DNA of 64,000 nt from Chlorokybus atmophyticus. Taxonomy: Eukaryota; Plantae; Mesostigma and Chlorokybus algae. The notes beneath the pieces are model-generated. The model searched no databases and was not told the DNA's origin. It saw only the letters and a program-made list of their open reading frames with translations. The position numbers and the translations under genes were made by a program. Shown here one piece after another: positions 43,050 through 55,740 of this stretch (its first letter is position 1; the number at the start of each line of letters is the position of its first letter). Location of the stretch: the NCBI GenBank assembly GCA_009103225.1, contig RHPI01002823.1, positions 319,104 through 383,103 of the forward strand. Reading direction: 5' to 3'.

Positions 43050-46000
43050 AGGCTAGTACATGCTATAATCAATAGAGAACACGTCACAAACACTAGTTTC
43101 CAGCGTATGCCAGTGTATCCGAGGAAGAGGAGAAGCCCAGGCTGTAGAGCAGAGGAAAGAGTGGCAAGCTCACGAGTCCGTGAAGGCTCTGAAACGAGCA
43201 AGTCAAATGTCTTCATGTGGCAAGGACGTGACTAGAAGCCACTCCTCCTTGGCCCGAACCTGAACACTGGATGCGCGAGAGCACACAATGACAGTTGAGG
43301 AGGGAGAGGAACCTGAGTACATTACCGAACACCTGGCCACCCAGATGTGCCAGAGCGTCAATGCGCAAAGAGTCAACCACACCGGACGGAGCAGTGTGTG
43401 AGAACTTGGAAACGAACTGTGAAATAGGAGCTGGGAAAAAGACAGGGAAGAAGGGGAGCCGCCGATGCGTATCTATAGAGCAGAGACCCAAGCCCAGCCT
43501 GCACGGACCAGCGAGCAGCAAAGGAAGAGGTGCTCGGGAGTTTCAAGACATTGCAGAGAGCATGATATACACTCCCCAGAAAAGTTCATTTTTGCGAGCC
43601 TGTCACCTGTGTGTAATGCCTGGTGTAACAATAGCCATAAGACAGAACGGTGCTTGGCCGCCAAGGGTGTCTTGTGCAGGCGCGACCAGTGAGCTGGCCA
43701 TGATACAGGGTGTTGCTCAGTGTCCCATTGGCGCAATGCGGGCGCCTGATGTGCGTGTGCTGTGCTGAGGAGGGTGTAGCCGAACTTGACCGTGTCATCC
43801 CATAATGAGAGGGGTTGTTGCGGGGAAAACGCCTGCGTTTCCCATACAGACAACGCCGGGTCCATGTGGAGCATGTGCAAGGGAGCTCCCCCCGCTACAC
43901 GCCACCCCATGTAGCGTTGAATGTCGGGCAATGCCAACCATGCGGGGGAGCCGATGGCGGGCTTGCCTCGCCAGCGCACTGTTGAAGATATTCCAACTTC
44001 CGGTCAGCTTGCCCTCTGCATAGGAATACACGGAGAGGACCTCGATGACTCCGGACTGAGTTTCAGCAGACTGCAGAGCAAGGCCTTACAACAACCGTTG
44101 GATCTTGGTGGATACGGAGCCGAATGACACGTAGAGTAGCTTATTGGATAGATCTTGAAGTTAGCTACGTGGTGCAATTTATAGCACAGGATTTGGTTGA
44201 GTATATCGTGCAGCTTGTAGACCAGCAGTGTGTGTATTTGGTGCAGAATCTGGCGGGTATAAAACCCCGCGTACTTGTGTTCTTAATACAAGCTGTAGTG
44301 TTGTGATGTAGCATGTCACCCATGTGCATGTGCTTGTCAACGTGTGTATGTCAACACGCACAGGCTCTGGCAGGACCCGGATGTGCTGCAACGTGGAGAT
44401 GCCCGTCGTGAATGGGGAGGGAGGGGCGAGGATGTCTCCCTCATTGCCGACAAGAGGAAAGAGCAAGCCGGTGCAGAGCTGGCCGTGTGTGGACTCTGCA
44501 CGCAGTGCCGCACTGACCTTGTGATCAGGAGTGAGAAGGCCCCACCACTCTCCAACAGTAGGACACCCATTCCCGCCGTGCAGTAGCAGGCGTCAAGCTG
44601 CCGGGAGGAGATTCCACAGCTCGGCTGCGTGTTCTTCCGCCCTAGCATCCGAGGGTACCCACAGTGCAAGGGTAGAAGCTGAATATGGCCGACGCAGAAC
44701 ATTGTCTCAAAGCGTTGCCACCGTGAGAAAGCCTGCCACTGCCCAGTGCCGCTAGTAGCGCCTGGAAGGCTAAAAGCCACCCACCACCTGGCCGAGCGCG
44801 TCCACGACGTGTGCATTATGAAAGAGAGGTTGTCTCAAAACCTCATCAAAGTTTGTTGGTGACGGCGCAGCAGGGCGGATCTGCATCCACGCCTGAAAGA
44901 TGTTGCGCCAATGCACCGGAAGGTGCCGAATGGGCATGCCGACAGCGTACAGGGTTGCCCCTTCAGGTACCCAGCGTATCAAGCGAGAAACGCCTGTCCG
45001 TGAGGGGAGGTGCTCAGTACCCCACATGTCAATCCGATGAAAGCCCAGCACCTTCCATTCCGCCCATGTGGGGTCCATCAAGCGGGCAGCTCACTTGGCT
45101 AGTAAAGCCGTGGTTTGCCATGTCGGGTGCAGCACCCCTAGGCCCCCAAGCCGCTTGGGCAAGCAAATAGTGGGCCAGTTTTCTTGTCCGCCTCTGGCAC
45201 GCTGCTCGGTGTCATGCCGCCATATGTACCCCCTGCAGTTGGCGGTCAACTGTCTGAGATCCGTCGCTGCGGGAGAGGCTATCGCTGCTGGATACCAGAG
45301 ACATAACAGGACGGTCTGGTTGGCTGTGAGAGCCCGCCCCACCAAGGATAAGTGCTGGCGCAACCATAGCTCAAGCTTGCGCCGCATCTTGGCTATCACC
45401 TCGGTGAACAGCTGGTCTTGGTGGATAGAAATGCCCATGGAAACACCAAGAAGAGAGACCGCTTCCCCTGCTGACAGCCAATGCACCCCCTAGCTGGGGG
45501 GGGGGGGGGNGAAGAATGCCTTTCGACTTCCTCAGGTTGAGGCTGGAATCCTAGGCCAAGCAATACAGGTCCAGGACTTTGCAAAGGGCGTGGAAGCTGC
45601 TCGAGGTGAGAGCAATGTAGACCTTCGTGTCGTCCGCGTATCTTGTGTACTTTAGCTCGTGGGCCACGTCCTGCAGTTCATCCGCGTTTTGCAGCCGTAT
45701 GGCCTCAACCTCAGGAGTGATGCGGAGGAGAGCACCCAAACACCCAGTGGCAAGGATGCAAAGAGAGGGAGCCAATGGACAGCCATGTCGCATACTGCGG
45801 TGCAGAGCGAAGGGAGAAGACAAGTGGCCGTTTATTAGCACCGAGCTCCAGCTCCTCCCACTTCATCGTGCGTACCCATTGCCAAAGGATCGGGCCAAAG
45901 CCCAAATGCGAGAGCGCGCCATATAGAAAGTGCCAGTCTAATTGGTCGAATGCCTTCTCAAAGTCTAGCGGGAGAAGAGCACCGCGCTGCCCTGTGTGTG

Positions 46001-47849
46001 CAGCATGCTGCATAGCGTTCAGGGCCACTAGCACATTGTCCAGGATGTACCTGTGGCGCACAAAGCCTGCCTGCAACGGGTGGACTGCCGTAGGAAGCAC
46101 AGGCGCCACGCGAACTGCTAGAGCTTAGGCAAGAATCTTGTAGTGGGTGGGCAGCAGCGTGATGGGCGCCAGTTGCAAAGGTCGGACTGTTCTCCTTTCT
46201 TGTGCAACATGAGGATGACCCCCCTCGCTGGCCTTCACCCAACCGCCCTTCCGCTAGAATGTGCTGACAGTAAAGGGAATGGTCCTCCCCTGAGAGAGGC
46301 CATGTAGTCTGCCAAAACGCCGTGGTGAGGCCGTCCTCGCCTGGGGCTTTGTGCGGGGGCATGCTCTGTAGTGCAGCGTGCAACTCAAGCAGCGTCAGTG
46401 GAGACTCCAAGACCTGAGCTTGCTGAGCGGAGACCTTCCTATCCATTGCCTGCCAACACTATCGGGCTGCAGCTGCTTTTATTGCTGGCGGGTAGGGTGA
46501 GGAGGTGTATAGCTTGTGATAGAATGCTGAGACCTCGTCCGACATACAACTATTGCTGGTCACTGGTGTTATCAAGGGCTCGTGGGCATGAGTGATAGCA
46601 TGAAGCACGTGCGCATGAGTGTGAGGACGGCCTTGGGCAAAGAAGAAGGAGGTCATCCGCTCCCCTTCAAGACGCCAGTGGGCGCTTGAGCGTATTGCAG
46701 CACCCTAGAGAGTGCACCTAGATCAGCCAGCAGACGCGAGTGCGCTAATTGAATGGCTGTGTCTTCAGGACTAGCAGACAATGCCGCCTCACATCTGACC
46801 AGCTAGTCCTGCAGATGGTGTAGCTGCCTGTTGTGTTGTTGCCGTACAGTGTGCCAGTGCTTCTGCGCCATCATGGCAACCTTCGCAAGCCTTGCTTCAA
46901 ACCATTGTATATAGGCCTGCCTGGGGTGCGGAGAGGTAAGCCGGTGCAGCTGCCACAGACTTTCCAACTCTGCCATAAACGAAGAACGCTTGAGAAGAGC
47001 GGGGTTGAGTTTCCACAAGCCCGGGCCCTAGTCCACATCCGAGCCAGACCGTATATATGAATGCACTGGCTTATGGTCAGACAGCCACTCCTCCTGCAGG
47101 ATTGAGGAGCTGTCGAAGAAAGTACTGAGAGTGGCGGGGGCATAAAACCGATCAAGGCGCGCAAGCTTGCGGCCTGTGTTCTCACGCCTGTTGTCCCAAG
47201 TGAAGGCGCAAGTGCCAGAGTTGCAGCTGCGCCACACATCATGCAAGTCCATCTCCCCCACCATCGCATGAAGAGCAAATGCGTCTTCCATGCTAGGGAG
47301 TCTATCGTGGGGAAAGCGATCCTCATCCACATCCTCCACACAGTTCCAGTTCCAGTCACCACCCAGCAAATACCAATCCGCGTGAGGGAGGAGAAAGGGG
47401 AGTGTAGAGAAGAAAGCGTCTCTAGCCTCTCGCGTGTCCGAGGGTGCGTACACACTGGCGACGACAAGGACGTTACCAAACCAACGAACACGCACCCAAC
47501 AGCATTTAGCAGGGGCGGCCACGCCTGTGTCAATGATATAGTCCTGCCAAGCTGGTGGGCACAAGATTGCCACCCCCCCGCGTGTGCCTTCCGCAGGGCC
47601 CCACACACTCGGGCCTCGCCAACAGCATTTCGCCGTCCATTGGGCAGCTGGTGACGTTCCTAGTTTCGTCTCTTGCAAAAAAAGAACTCCATCCTTCGAC
47701 GAAGGCCATAAGCGAAAGCGGGTGATTGCCGATATGTGACGCCGACCATGCGAAGATGCACCTGCCAAGCTTGACTGATTGCCGTTCATGCCTCGAACAT
47801 TCCATGTCCACACGGAGAACGTGGACGTGAGACTTGAAGACGCTTGCAT
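43050..47849 (-). pseudogene. LINE ORF2 (APE endonuclease, reverse transcriptase, zf-RVT), fragmented
   Basis: WTWNVRGM, LFLQETK, LGGDWN, ARLDRFY, SDHKPV; KAPGEDG, LDFEKAFD, RHGCPLAP, RYADDT, YLG-type region; C-terminal CISC...ETPEHLFLCC. Multiple frameshifts and stops. Confidence 0.9.
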
Positions 47850-49506
47850 CAGTCAAGGCCCAACACCCGCTCCTAAGTATATGGCGCGCCTTGAGAAGGG
47901 GTTCCGCCAGCCAAAGGCCATGGCGGACATGAAGAACGGTGCTGAGCGGAGGTGTTGGCGGTGACGTGAGAAGCGTGCTCTAACACCTCCAGCACATGTG
48001 CATCAACGAGGTCGTGGCTGCCTCCCGCAACGTCCTCAACAAGGAGTGGATCAACCCACATCACATCCTCCGCGCCTGAGGTGTTGGGGGGTTGTGACAT
48101 TACTTCCTCGTCGTGCCACAACCATGTGTGAACATGGTATGACGTGCCATCTGCAGCCGTGTGCATGAACAAGAGCTCCGGGCTTGGAGTAGAATGTGTA
48201 GACTCCGGGACGCCCAGCATGGCCGAAGCCAGCCCCCGCGCCTGCCAACCATGATTGGAGGGGGAGGGGTCCGCTGGCAAGGTAGCCGGGATGGTTAGCT
48301 TGTCGCCGTTCTGGCGAACCAGCCCCAGCCACCAGCATTGGGCCGCATACTCGTACACCAGGACTCCCCCGAACATGCGGGTGGGGTGCAAGTCTCTCGG
48401 AAGGGGTGGTGGTGATTGCGGGGAGAGGGGGGGGGTGACGGGGAGAGCTGCAATTTTCTTCTCACCGACGGGGGGGAGGCCTCCCGGAAGGGTGTGTGAT
48501 GGGATGGGGGAGGGAGGCGGGGAACGGAGGAGCTGCCCATTGGGGATGGAGGCGGACATTGCGGGGTGGTGTGGGCGAGGGGTAGTGTAGAGAGACTCCG
48601 AGAAGTCTGTGTGTGAGGAGGAGGGGTGAGACGGTGATGATAGCGGAGTGCGTGCATGTTGCTCCAACCATGTGCGCATCGCAGAGGCTATCATCAAGGG
48701 TGTGATGCGAGGCTTGCCGTGCTTGCTGAGTCTGGGGCGGGCCTGGGCTTGCCACTCCGACAAGGACACCCATTGCTGCTGCGCCGTTGCTTGGTGGCAT
48801 GCCTCGGCAGGAAGAAGCAATGGGCAAAGAACGAATAGGCACGGATGCAATGGCATGCCCCCCGTAGTGGACTTGAGTTTGAGACAGACGACTCAAGCTC
48901 AGCGTCCCTGATGGCGTCTAATGACATACCGGCCTGCTCCAGCGTTGCCCGCAGTATAGAGCAACAATATTGCATGCCGTCAGCCTCACCCTCGCAGAGG
49001 GGAGGAGGTTGCCAAAACGCAGCCCCGTGCTGCGTTGTGTTGTGTCCGTGAGAAGTAGGGACAAGCAGTCAGCGGATTTCCCTGCACTGGGACGATGAAT
49101 GCCGTTTCCCATGGTGAAGAAGAAGGCTTGAAACCCGCATCCTCAAGCAGTTCTCCCAACCAGAGACGCTGTTGGGGATGGCGATCAGCCTGGGCTGTGC
49201 GAGCAGCTTGCACTGGCTGGTCGTGGGGGACCATCCCACCAGCAGGCGGGGCTGGCGGGAGGTCATTCTCCTCATCCTGATCGTCATACCACAACTTTGA
49301 GGGTGACGGATGTGCAGCCACACGCGGGGAGGGAGGAGGGTGCTATGCGTGCGGCGGCGGAAGCTTCGTCACCAGCCAATCTTCCAGCGTTTGCTGCTGA
49401 ATTGGGCCATCAGCAGTCATGCGAGGCAGCTACTGGAGAACGAGGGCAAGATCTGGGCACGAAGCGCTGGCGGAGGGTGTGGGTAAGGTGGGGTGGGGAG
49501 ACGAGG

Positions 49507-50078
49507 NNNNNNNNNNNNNNNNNNNNNNNNNNNNNNNNNNNNNNNNNNNNNNNNNNNNNNNNNNNNNNNNNNNNNNNNNNNNNNNNNNNNNNNNNNNNNN
49601 NNNNNNNNNNNNNNNNNNNNNNNNNNNNNNNNNNNNNNNNNNNNNNNNNNNNNNNNNNNNNNNNNNNNNNNNNNNNNNNNNNNNNNNNNNNNNNNNNNNN
49701 NNNNNNNNNNNNNNNNNNNNNNNNNNNNNNNNNNNNNNNNNNNNNNNNNNNNNNNNNNNNNNNNNNNNNNNNNNNNNNNNNNNNNNNNNNNNNNNNNNNN
49801 NNNNNNNNNNNNNNNNNNNNNNNNNNNNNNNNNNNNNNNNNNNNNNNNNNNNNNNNNNNNNNNNNNNNNNNNNNNNNNNNNNNNNNNNNNNNNNNNNNNN
49901 NNNNNNNNNNNNNNNNNNNNNNNNNNNNNNNNNNNNNNNNNNNNNNNNNNNNNNNNNNNNNNNNNNNNNNNNNNNNNNNNNNNNNNNNNNNNNNNNNNNN
50001 NNNNNNNNNNNNNNNNNNNNNNNNNNNNNNNNNNNNNNNNNNNNNNNNNNNNNNNNNNNNNNNNNNNNNNNNNNNNNN
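49507..50078. other. Assembly gap (572 N) inside the LINE
   Basis: N run flanked by G-rich sequence. Confidence 0.98.
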
Positions 50079-53000
50079 GGTAAGGGGGGTGCTGATTGTT
50101 GCAGCAGGTGGGTGAGTGGGGGGTGGGTTGGGCGGGGGGTGGGGAGGTTGTTAAGGGGGGGGAGCGGCTCCTGGTCTGCGGGGGGGAGCTGCGCCTTGCT
50201 ATGCTGCCGTCGACGCTGGGAGGGGCGCCGTGCAATGACTGCGCAAGTGCCCCACTTGCGTGCAACGGAAGCGGGTGGGAGGTGTCTGGGGGGTGATGAT
50301 GCGCACCTTCGTGAGGTGCTCCACGCCTCCTGACACGGACTTGATGAGCACGGAGGGGGGGAGCATTGCACCTGCCTTGCGTTTGAAGCGAAAGCGCATA
50401 GATGGTGTGGTGAACGAGCGGGAAGCGGAGGCGGCTGAGCGGAGGGGATCGCCAAGCTGCCCATATGGAGGAAGGATTTGAGAGAGAGAATAAAGGACTC
50501 GAGGATGCGCTCCCTAGAAGGAGACTCAGAAGTTGTCGTCGTTACCGCCCTCGCTTTAACGAAGCATCGTGACTGGCTTGCCCAACAGCGTGGGCAAGCG
50601 ATGTTGCTCTGCAAGGGCAAGGACGTGCTTTGTGCCGTATGCCGTGTGAAAGAGTGCTTGGATTTCCCCCGCCCGTGTGTAGTGCATTGATGCAATCAGT
50701 GGGGCAGCCGGGTGGCGTGCACTCAAAGCTTCTATCTATGTCAAGTGTCACTTTAATGTCTGAGACTCAGTGTATTCAAATCTAAACACTAGTGCTCGCT
50801 GCTCTAAGTTCGACTGCCACCGCTCACACGCACGCTCATCTAGTAAGATAACATATGCGGATGTGGTGCTGAGGGTGCCAACAATGATGCCCGGAGTGTG
50901 TGCAAGATCAGCCATCAATCTAGCTGTAAGAGTGGGACTCCCTGAGAGAGTCCCCTCGATGCTGTTGAGAGAATGGAGGGGTGGCTGCCGAGGGGCGCCT
51001 GCCACTGCATCCGCCCATGTAGTGGGCTTGAGCACGGGCTCGTCCAGAATTGGAACACCAAGAGACGCTCCTGGTCGCTCATGGACGACGCCTCCGAGGA
51101 AAGGGAAGTCCTCCATAGGTAGGAGAGGAGTTAAGGGGGACCTGCCCCTGATCACCAGCAGCCACCATGGCTATGGTCTCCGCGTGGTGCATCATTTAGG
51201 AGCTGCACCAGAAAAGTCAGCTGCGTTGACCAGCTGCCGCAGCGGGCAAACTACCGCCGGATCAGGTGGGGCTGGAGAGCCCCCCTAACCAGGGGTAAGG
51301 GACCAGCCTTACCCCCCACCCCACCCCCCCATTCCTTCACCCCCTCCGCCGCCAAGGACGTCCCCTCCTTGGCGCCGCCCAACCTTTGATTTATGAACTT
51401 CCACAATCTATCCTGTGTGTGTCCAAAACACATCATACTGGCAAACCGCATGACTAACTTGTTGAGAAGCAAGCATGCAAGCAAAGAGGGCAAGCAGTGA
51501 TACACAGGAGAAGGCAACACACTTCCCATTTTATTACCAACAGACCGCGGGGTTATGTACCCGCCAGTCAGTACACAGCTTGTACACACTGCTGGTCTAC
51601 ATGCAACAGCGTCCGATTCACTGAACCATATCCTACGCTGTATGATGTGCCACGTAGCTAACATGATAAGCTTTGTAACAAGCTATGCCACGTTGTATAA
51701 GACTGAGTATCCTAGGAGATATGACGATTCTCCTAGGACCCTTCTCTGCAGTCCGCGCATGTCCGGAGTCTTCAAGGTTCTCCCATCGAGGTCCCTTCTC
51801 TTATAAACAGGGCAGGCTCACCGGATGTAGGAATATTTTCAACACTCCCATGCGGGCAGCTTGGCCTTTGATACTTGGTCATGCTTACGCACATATGCCG
51901 AGTCCCGTGCAACATGCCCTGAACTTTAGCAGTGACAGTGGCTTTGTCATGAAGTCTGCGAGCATGTCTTCTGTATTGCAATACTGAAACTCAACCTCCT
52001 TGCGTGTGACTCTGTCTCGCACAAAGTGATGCATGACATCAATGTGCTTTGTCTTTGTCGAGGCAACGGGGCGCTTCAGCAACTTGATGGCGCCTTGGTT
52101 GTCGCAGTTGATCGTGATACACGCCATTGGGTGCTCCAGATCTGCCATCAGCTTGCGAATCCATAATGCCTCCTTCACTGCAGCTTTTGCTGCCATGTAC
52201 TCCGCTTCCAAAGTAGATGCTGCTGTTGGTTGCAGCCTGTTGTTCCAGCTCACCACGCCTCCATTAATTTGAAGACGTAAGCTGTAGTGGATCTCCTGCT
52301 GTCAAGGTCACCTGCAAAGTCTGCGTCGCAGTAGCCCTCCATCTTTATGCTTCCGCAACCAAACTTGATGCCAACACTTGTGCTTCCAGCCGCGTAGCGC
52401 AATACTCCCTTCGCGGCACGCCAATGCTCCATGCTTGGTGCAGACATGTAGCGCGCAAGCACTCCAACTGCATGTGCGATGTCGGGTCTTGTGCACACTA
52501 CCAAGTAGAGCATGCTCCCAACAAGCTCACCATATGGGTATTGAGCCTTGTTCAGTATCTCCTCGTCCTTTGCTTTGACGAGGTTGGTGCCGAGTGTTGA
52601 TGGAGTAGACTTGGTTTTTGCTTCATTAAGTCCGAACTTGGTGACAAGTCGCTTCACCATCTGCTCTTGGCTGATTTTAATCGTGCGTGCTGCTCTGTCA
52701 CGCTCTGTCACCATGCCACGAAATAACTTGACCTCTCCAAGGTCGCGGACTGCGAGTGCTTGCTGCAATCCGTGCTTTGTCTCTTTTAGGTCTTCAACTT
52801 GCTTCGCCGTGATGATGATGTCGTCCACATACACGAGCAAGTAAATCTTCTTCTCTTCATGAATAAAGAGCCCGGGATTTGCTGAGGATGCTTTGTAGCT
52901 GAGTTTTTTCAACTCCTTTGTGAGGCGAATGTGCCACACACGTGGTGCTTGTCGCAGCCCATACAAAGCCTTGATCAACTTGCAAGCCATGCCTGGCTCC

Positions 53001-54991
53001 CCTTCTGCATAGCCTGGTGGTTGCTGAGTGTAGATCTCTTCCTCCAGCTCTCCGTAATGGAAAGCAGTCTTCAAATCAAGGTGGTGACACTTGAGGTCTT
53101 CAGCAGCAACCATGGCGAGCAATGTGCGGAAGGTTGCATGCTTATTTGCAGGTGCAAATACTTCATTGAAGTCCACACCTTCCAGTTGTAGGAATCCCTT
53201 TGCCTCCAGCCTTGCCTTGTAGCGCTCAATTTTGCATTGACCATCACGCTTCACCTTGAACACCCACTTGACTAGCATGGGTTTCACACCTTGCGGGGGC
53301 TTCTTCAACACCCAAGTGTTGTTGGCATGGAGTGATGCAATCTCATAATCCATAGCTCGCTGCCATTGCTCTTGGTGCTCGCAATGCCTCCTCATAAGTG
53401 CTTGGTTCTTCACTCTCTTCATTGTGCACACTCACGACGTGTGCCTTTAAGAAGTCAGGTACTTTTCTCTCCCTGGTTGGGTAGCGTCGAGCTTGCTTCC
53501 GCTGCTTCTGCTTCTCGCCTTCTACAGCTAAGCCCTGCTCTTTGTTGATGACCGATGCCTCGCCTTCGACCTCCTCTCTGCTTGGAAGTTCTTTAGGTTG
53601 TGCTTTGTCATCTTCATCTTGGGGGTAGAAACCTTATTCAACTTGAGCTTGGAATAAGCCTTTGTGGAACCCGACTTCTCTGCTCACCACAATGTTGCGC
53701 GTGTCCTCGAGTAGGACCTTGTACGCCTTTGAGCTTGGCTCATAGCCAATGAAGATGCCCTTCTTGCTGACCAGTCGGCTCCAACTTGTGTCGCGATTGA
53801 CTTGGCACAAATGCATATGCCACACATCCAAACACACGCATGCCACTCACATCTTGCGCTTCATTGTGAAAGAGCTCCCACAGGGTCTTTTGCTCAAAGC
53901 TCATTGGTAAACGGTTGCGAATGTAGTTGGCAGTGAGAACGGTCTCCTTTCACAGACTGTCCTCCAACTTGGTATCATTGAGCATGGCTCGAACACGCTC
54001 CAATAAGGTTCAGTTGAGACGTTCACCTGCTTCATTCTGTTGTGGAGTGTATGGTGCTGTTGTCTCATGCCGTATGCCTTTGCTGGCGAAGAACTCTTTG
54101 AGCTGGGCGTTGATGTACTCCCCTCCTCGATCACTTCTCATTGCATTCATCTTCTTGCCCAATTGGGTCTCTAGCAATGCAATAACGGTACGCACAGCTC
54201 CAGCGACTTGACTTTTGTATCTAAGGGAAGACGATGGAAAGCTTGCTGTGATCGTCGAGGAAAGTCGAAAAGTACCTTACCCCCCCTTTCGCCACAATGC
54301 GCATAGGCCCGCAAATGTCCATGTGCACAAGCTCGCAAGGGCGCTTGCTACTTGAAGATGAGAACGGCATGTGGTGCTGCTTGGCCAATACACAAGGCTT
54401 ACAGAGTGCACTCGAAGATGCTTGAAGGTCCCTTGCTCACATTGATGCCTTTCACCATGTCTTTAGCAACGAGGCGTGCGAGGTTGCTGTAGCCCAAATG
54501 CCCGAACCACCGATGCTAAAGCTCGGCCGTCTCCTTCTCCTTCACCGTCATAGCCTTGCTGCCATAAATCTGCTCTACAATGTAGAGCCCTCCTCGTCGG
54601 GTGCCGATGTTAAATGTTATAGCTTGTTGAAAGTACATGTATAGGCGGCGCCTACATGTAGTTGGTACAATTAGCTTAACCTTTATAGTTATGGGAGTTA
54701 CAAGAGTTACGGGAGTTACGGCAGTTATGGTCAACCATAGTCAACTTTGACTTTGACCGTTGACTCTGACCATTGACTAGTGTTGACTAGTGTTGACTTT
54801 GACCAGAGTTGACTAGAGTTGACTAGTACTTAGTAGCATAGTATATAAGACACTGTATACTGCTTAATACAGTGGATCGCACATTGTCTCTCTCTATAGT
54901 TGGCGTGCTTGCTGCACTTGTCCTTAGTGTGTGCACACTTGTATGCAGGAGGCACATACACACACACTAGGCGCATCACTAGTTCTCGACA

Positions 54992-55003
54992 GGTTATGGG
55001 CCC
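54992..55003 (+). promoter_or_regulatory. Primer-binding site GGTTATGGGCCC (half-tRNA-iMet type)
   Basis: Immediately follows the 5' LTR of element C. The same 12-mer occurs on the minus strand at 58404-58393 next to the copia A 5' LTR. Confidence 0.85.
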
Positions 55004-55113
55004 ACACTCGCTTGTGTGATCGCTTGTGTTAGTGAGAGAAAGTGTTGAGCATAGGTGCCTACTAGTAGAGTGTTCTTGGGGAGAGGGTGAGTTGTACTAT
55101 TGTGTAGCAAGCA

Positions 55114-55740
55114 ATGGCTGACACAGATAGGATGCCCATCGAGTCCCTTGATCTGCACAACTACGCTTCATGGTCGCTGATGATGCAGTTGGTACTGATC
55201 CGCAAGAAGCTCTGGAGTTTTGTCGATCCCACCTCCTCCACATCATTACGGCCAAGAACAGGTGACATTGGTACTTGGACAGAGAACTCACAATCAGCTT
55301 TTGTGCTGATAGGCTTGCACGTCAAAGACTTCCATCTCCCTCTTATCGCGGATTGCAAGACTGGACGTGAGGCGTGGGAGGTCGTCGACACCCTCTTCAA
55401 GGCCAATAGCAACTCGCGCAAGTTGCAGCTGAGACGCAAGCTGACACTTTTGAAGATGGAGCACAAAGAGCCAATCCAGAAGTACATCTCGCGTGCAAGG
55501 GAGCTTTGGCAAGACCTTGCAGCAGTGGGCCACGATGTGAAGGAAGAGGAGGTGATGTGGGCAGTCTTAGCTGGCTTAGGAAAGAGCTTTGCTATGCTAA
55601 TGACTGTGTTGGAGTCCTCAGATGTGGTTTTGAAGTTTGCTGATGTAGTGCCTAAGCTGCTAGCTGTGGAAGGCAAGTTGAATGTTCAGGAGATAGAGAA
55701 TGGTGGAGAACCAATTGCACTTTTTGCCTCATCTTCTTAA
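55114..55740 (+). CDS. Copia-type Gag (UBN2-like), open for 208 aa; zinc knuckle follows after the stop
   Basis: LDLHNYASWSLMMQLVLIRKKLWSFV...REAWE...LRRKLTLLKM...VLAGLGKSF. CHYCKMKGHFIREC at about 55795-55840 lies beyond the TAA. Confidence 0.85.
   Translation: MADTDRMPIESLDLHNYASWSLMMQLVLIRKKLWSFVDPTSSTSLRPRTGDIGTWTENSQSAFVLIGLHVKDFHLPLIADCKTGREAWEVVDTLFKANSNSRKLQLRRKLTLLKMEHKEPIQKYISRARELWQDLAAVGHDVKEEEVMWAVLAGLGKSFAMLMTVLESSDVVLKFADVVPKLLAVEGKLNVQEIENGGEPIALFASSS

Larger units (their letters stand above)
42980..51380 (-). mobile_element. L1/Tx1-like non-LTR retrotransposon inserted in the gypsy LTR
   Basis: Poly-A tail (T9 at 42980-42988). Degenerate 12-bp TSD AACCTCGGATTG / AACCTTTGATTT. 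ORF1 remnants with a CCHC-like knuckle (RCTQVGHLRSHC) lie at 50200-51155. Confidence 0.85.

Noticed and set aside
49297-50695. ORFs of 196-421 aa spanning the N run
   Set aside because: Open only because N codons are not stops.
54690-54830. Regular short repeats (GGAGTTAC, GTTGACTAG) that could look like a CRISPR or satellite array
   Set aside because: No unique spacers, units under 10 bp, and they are internal to LTRs repeated at 56548, 59125 and 60650.
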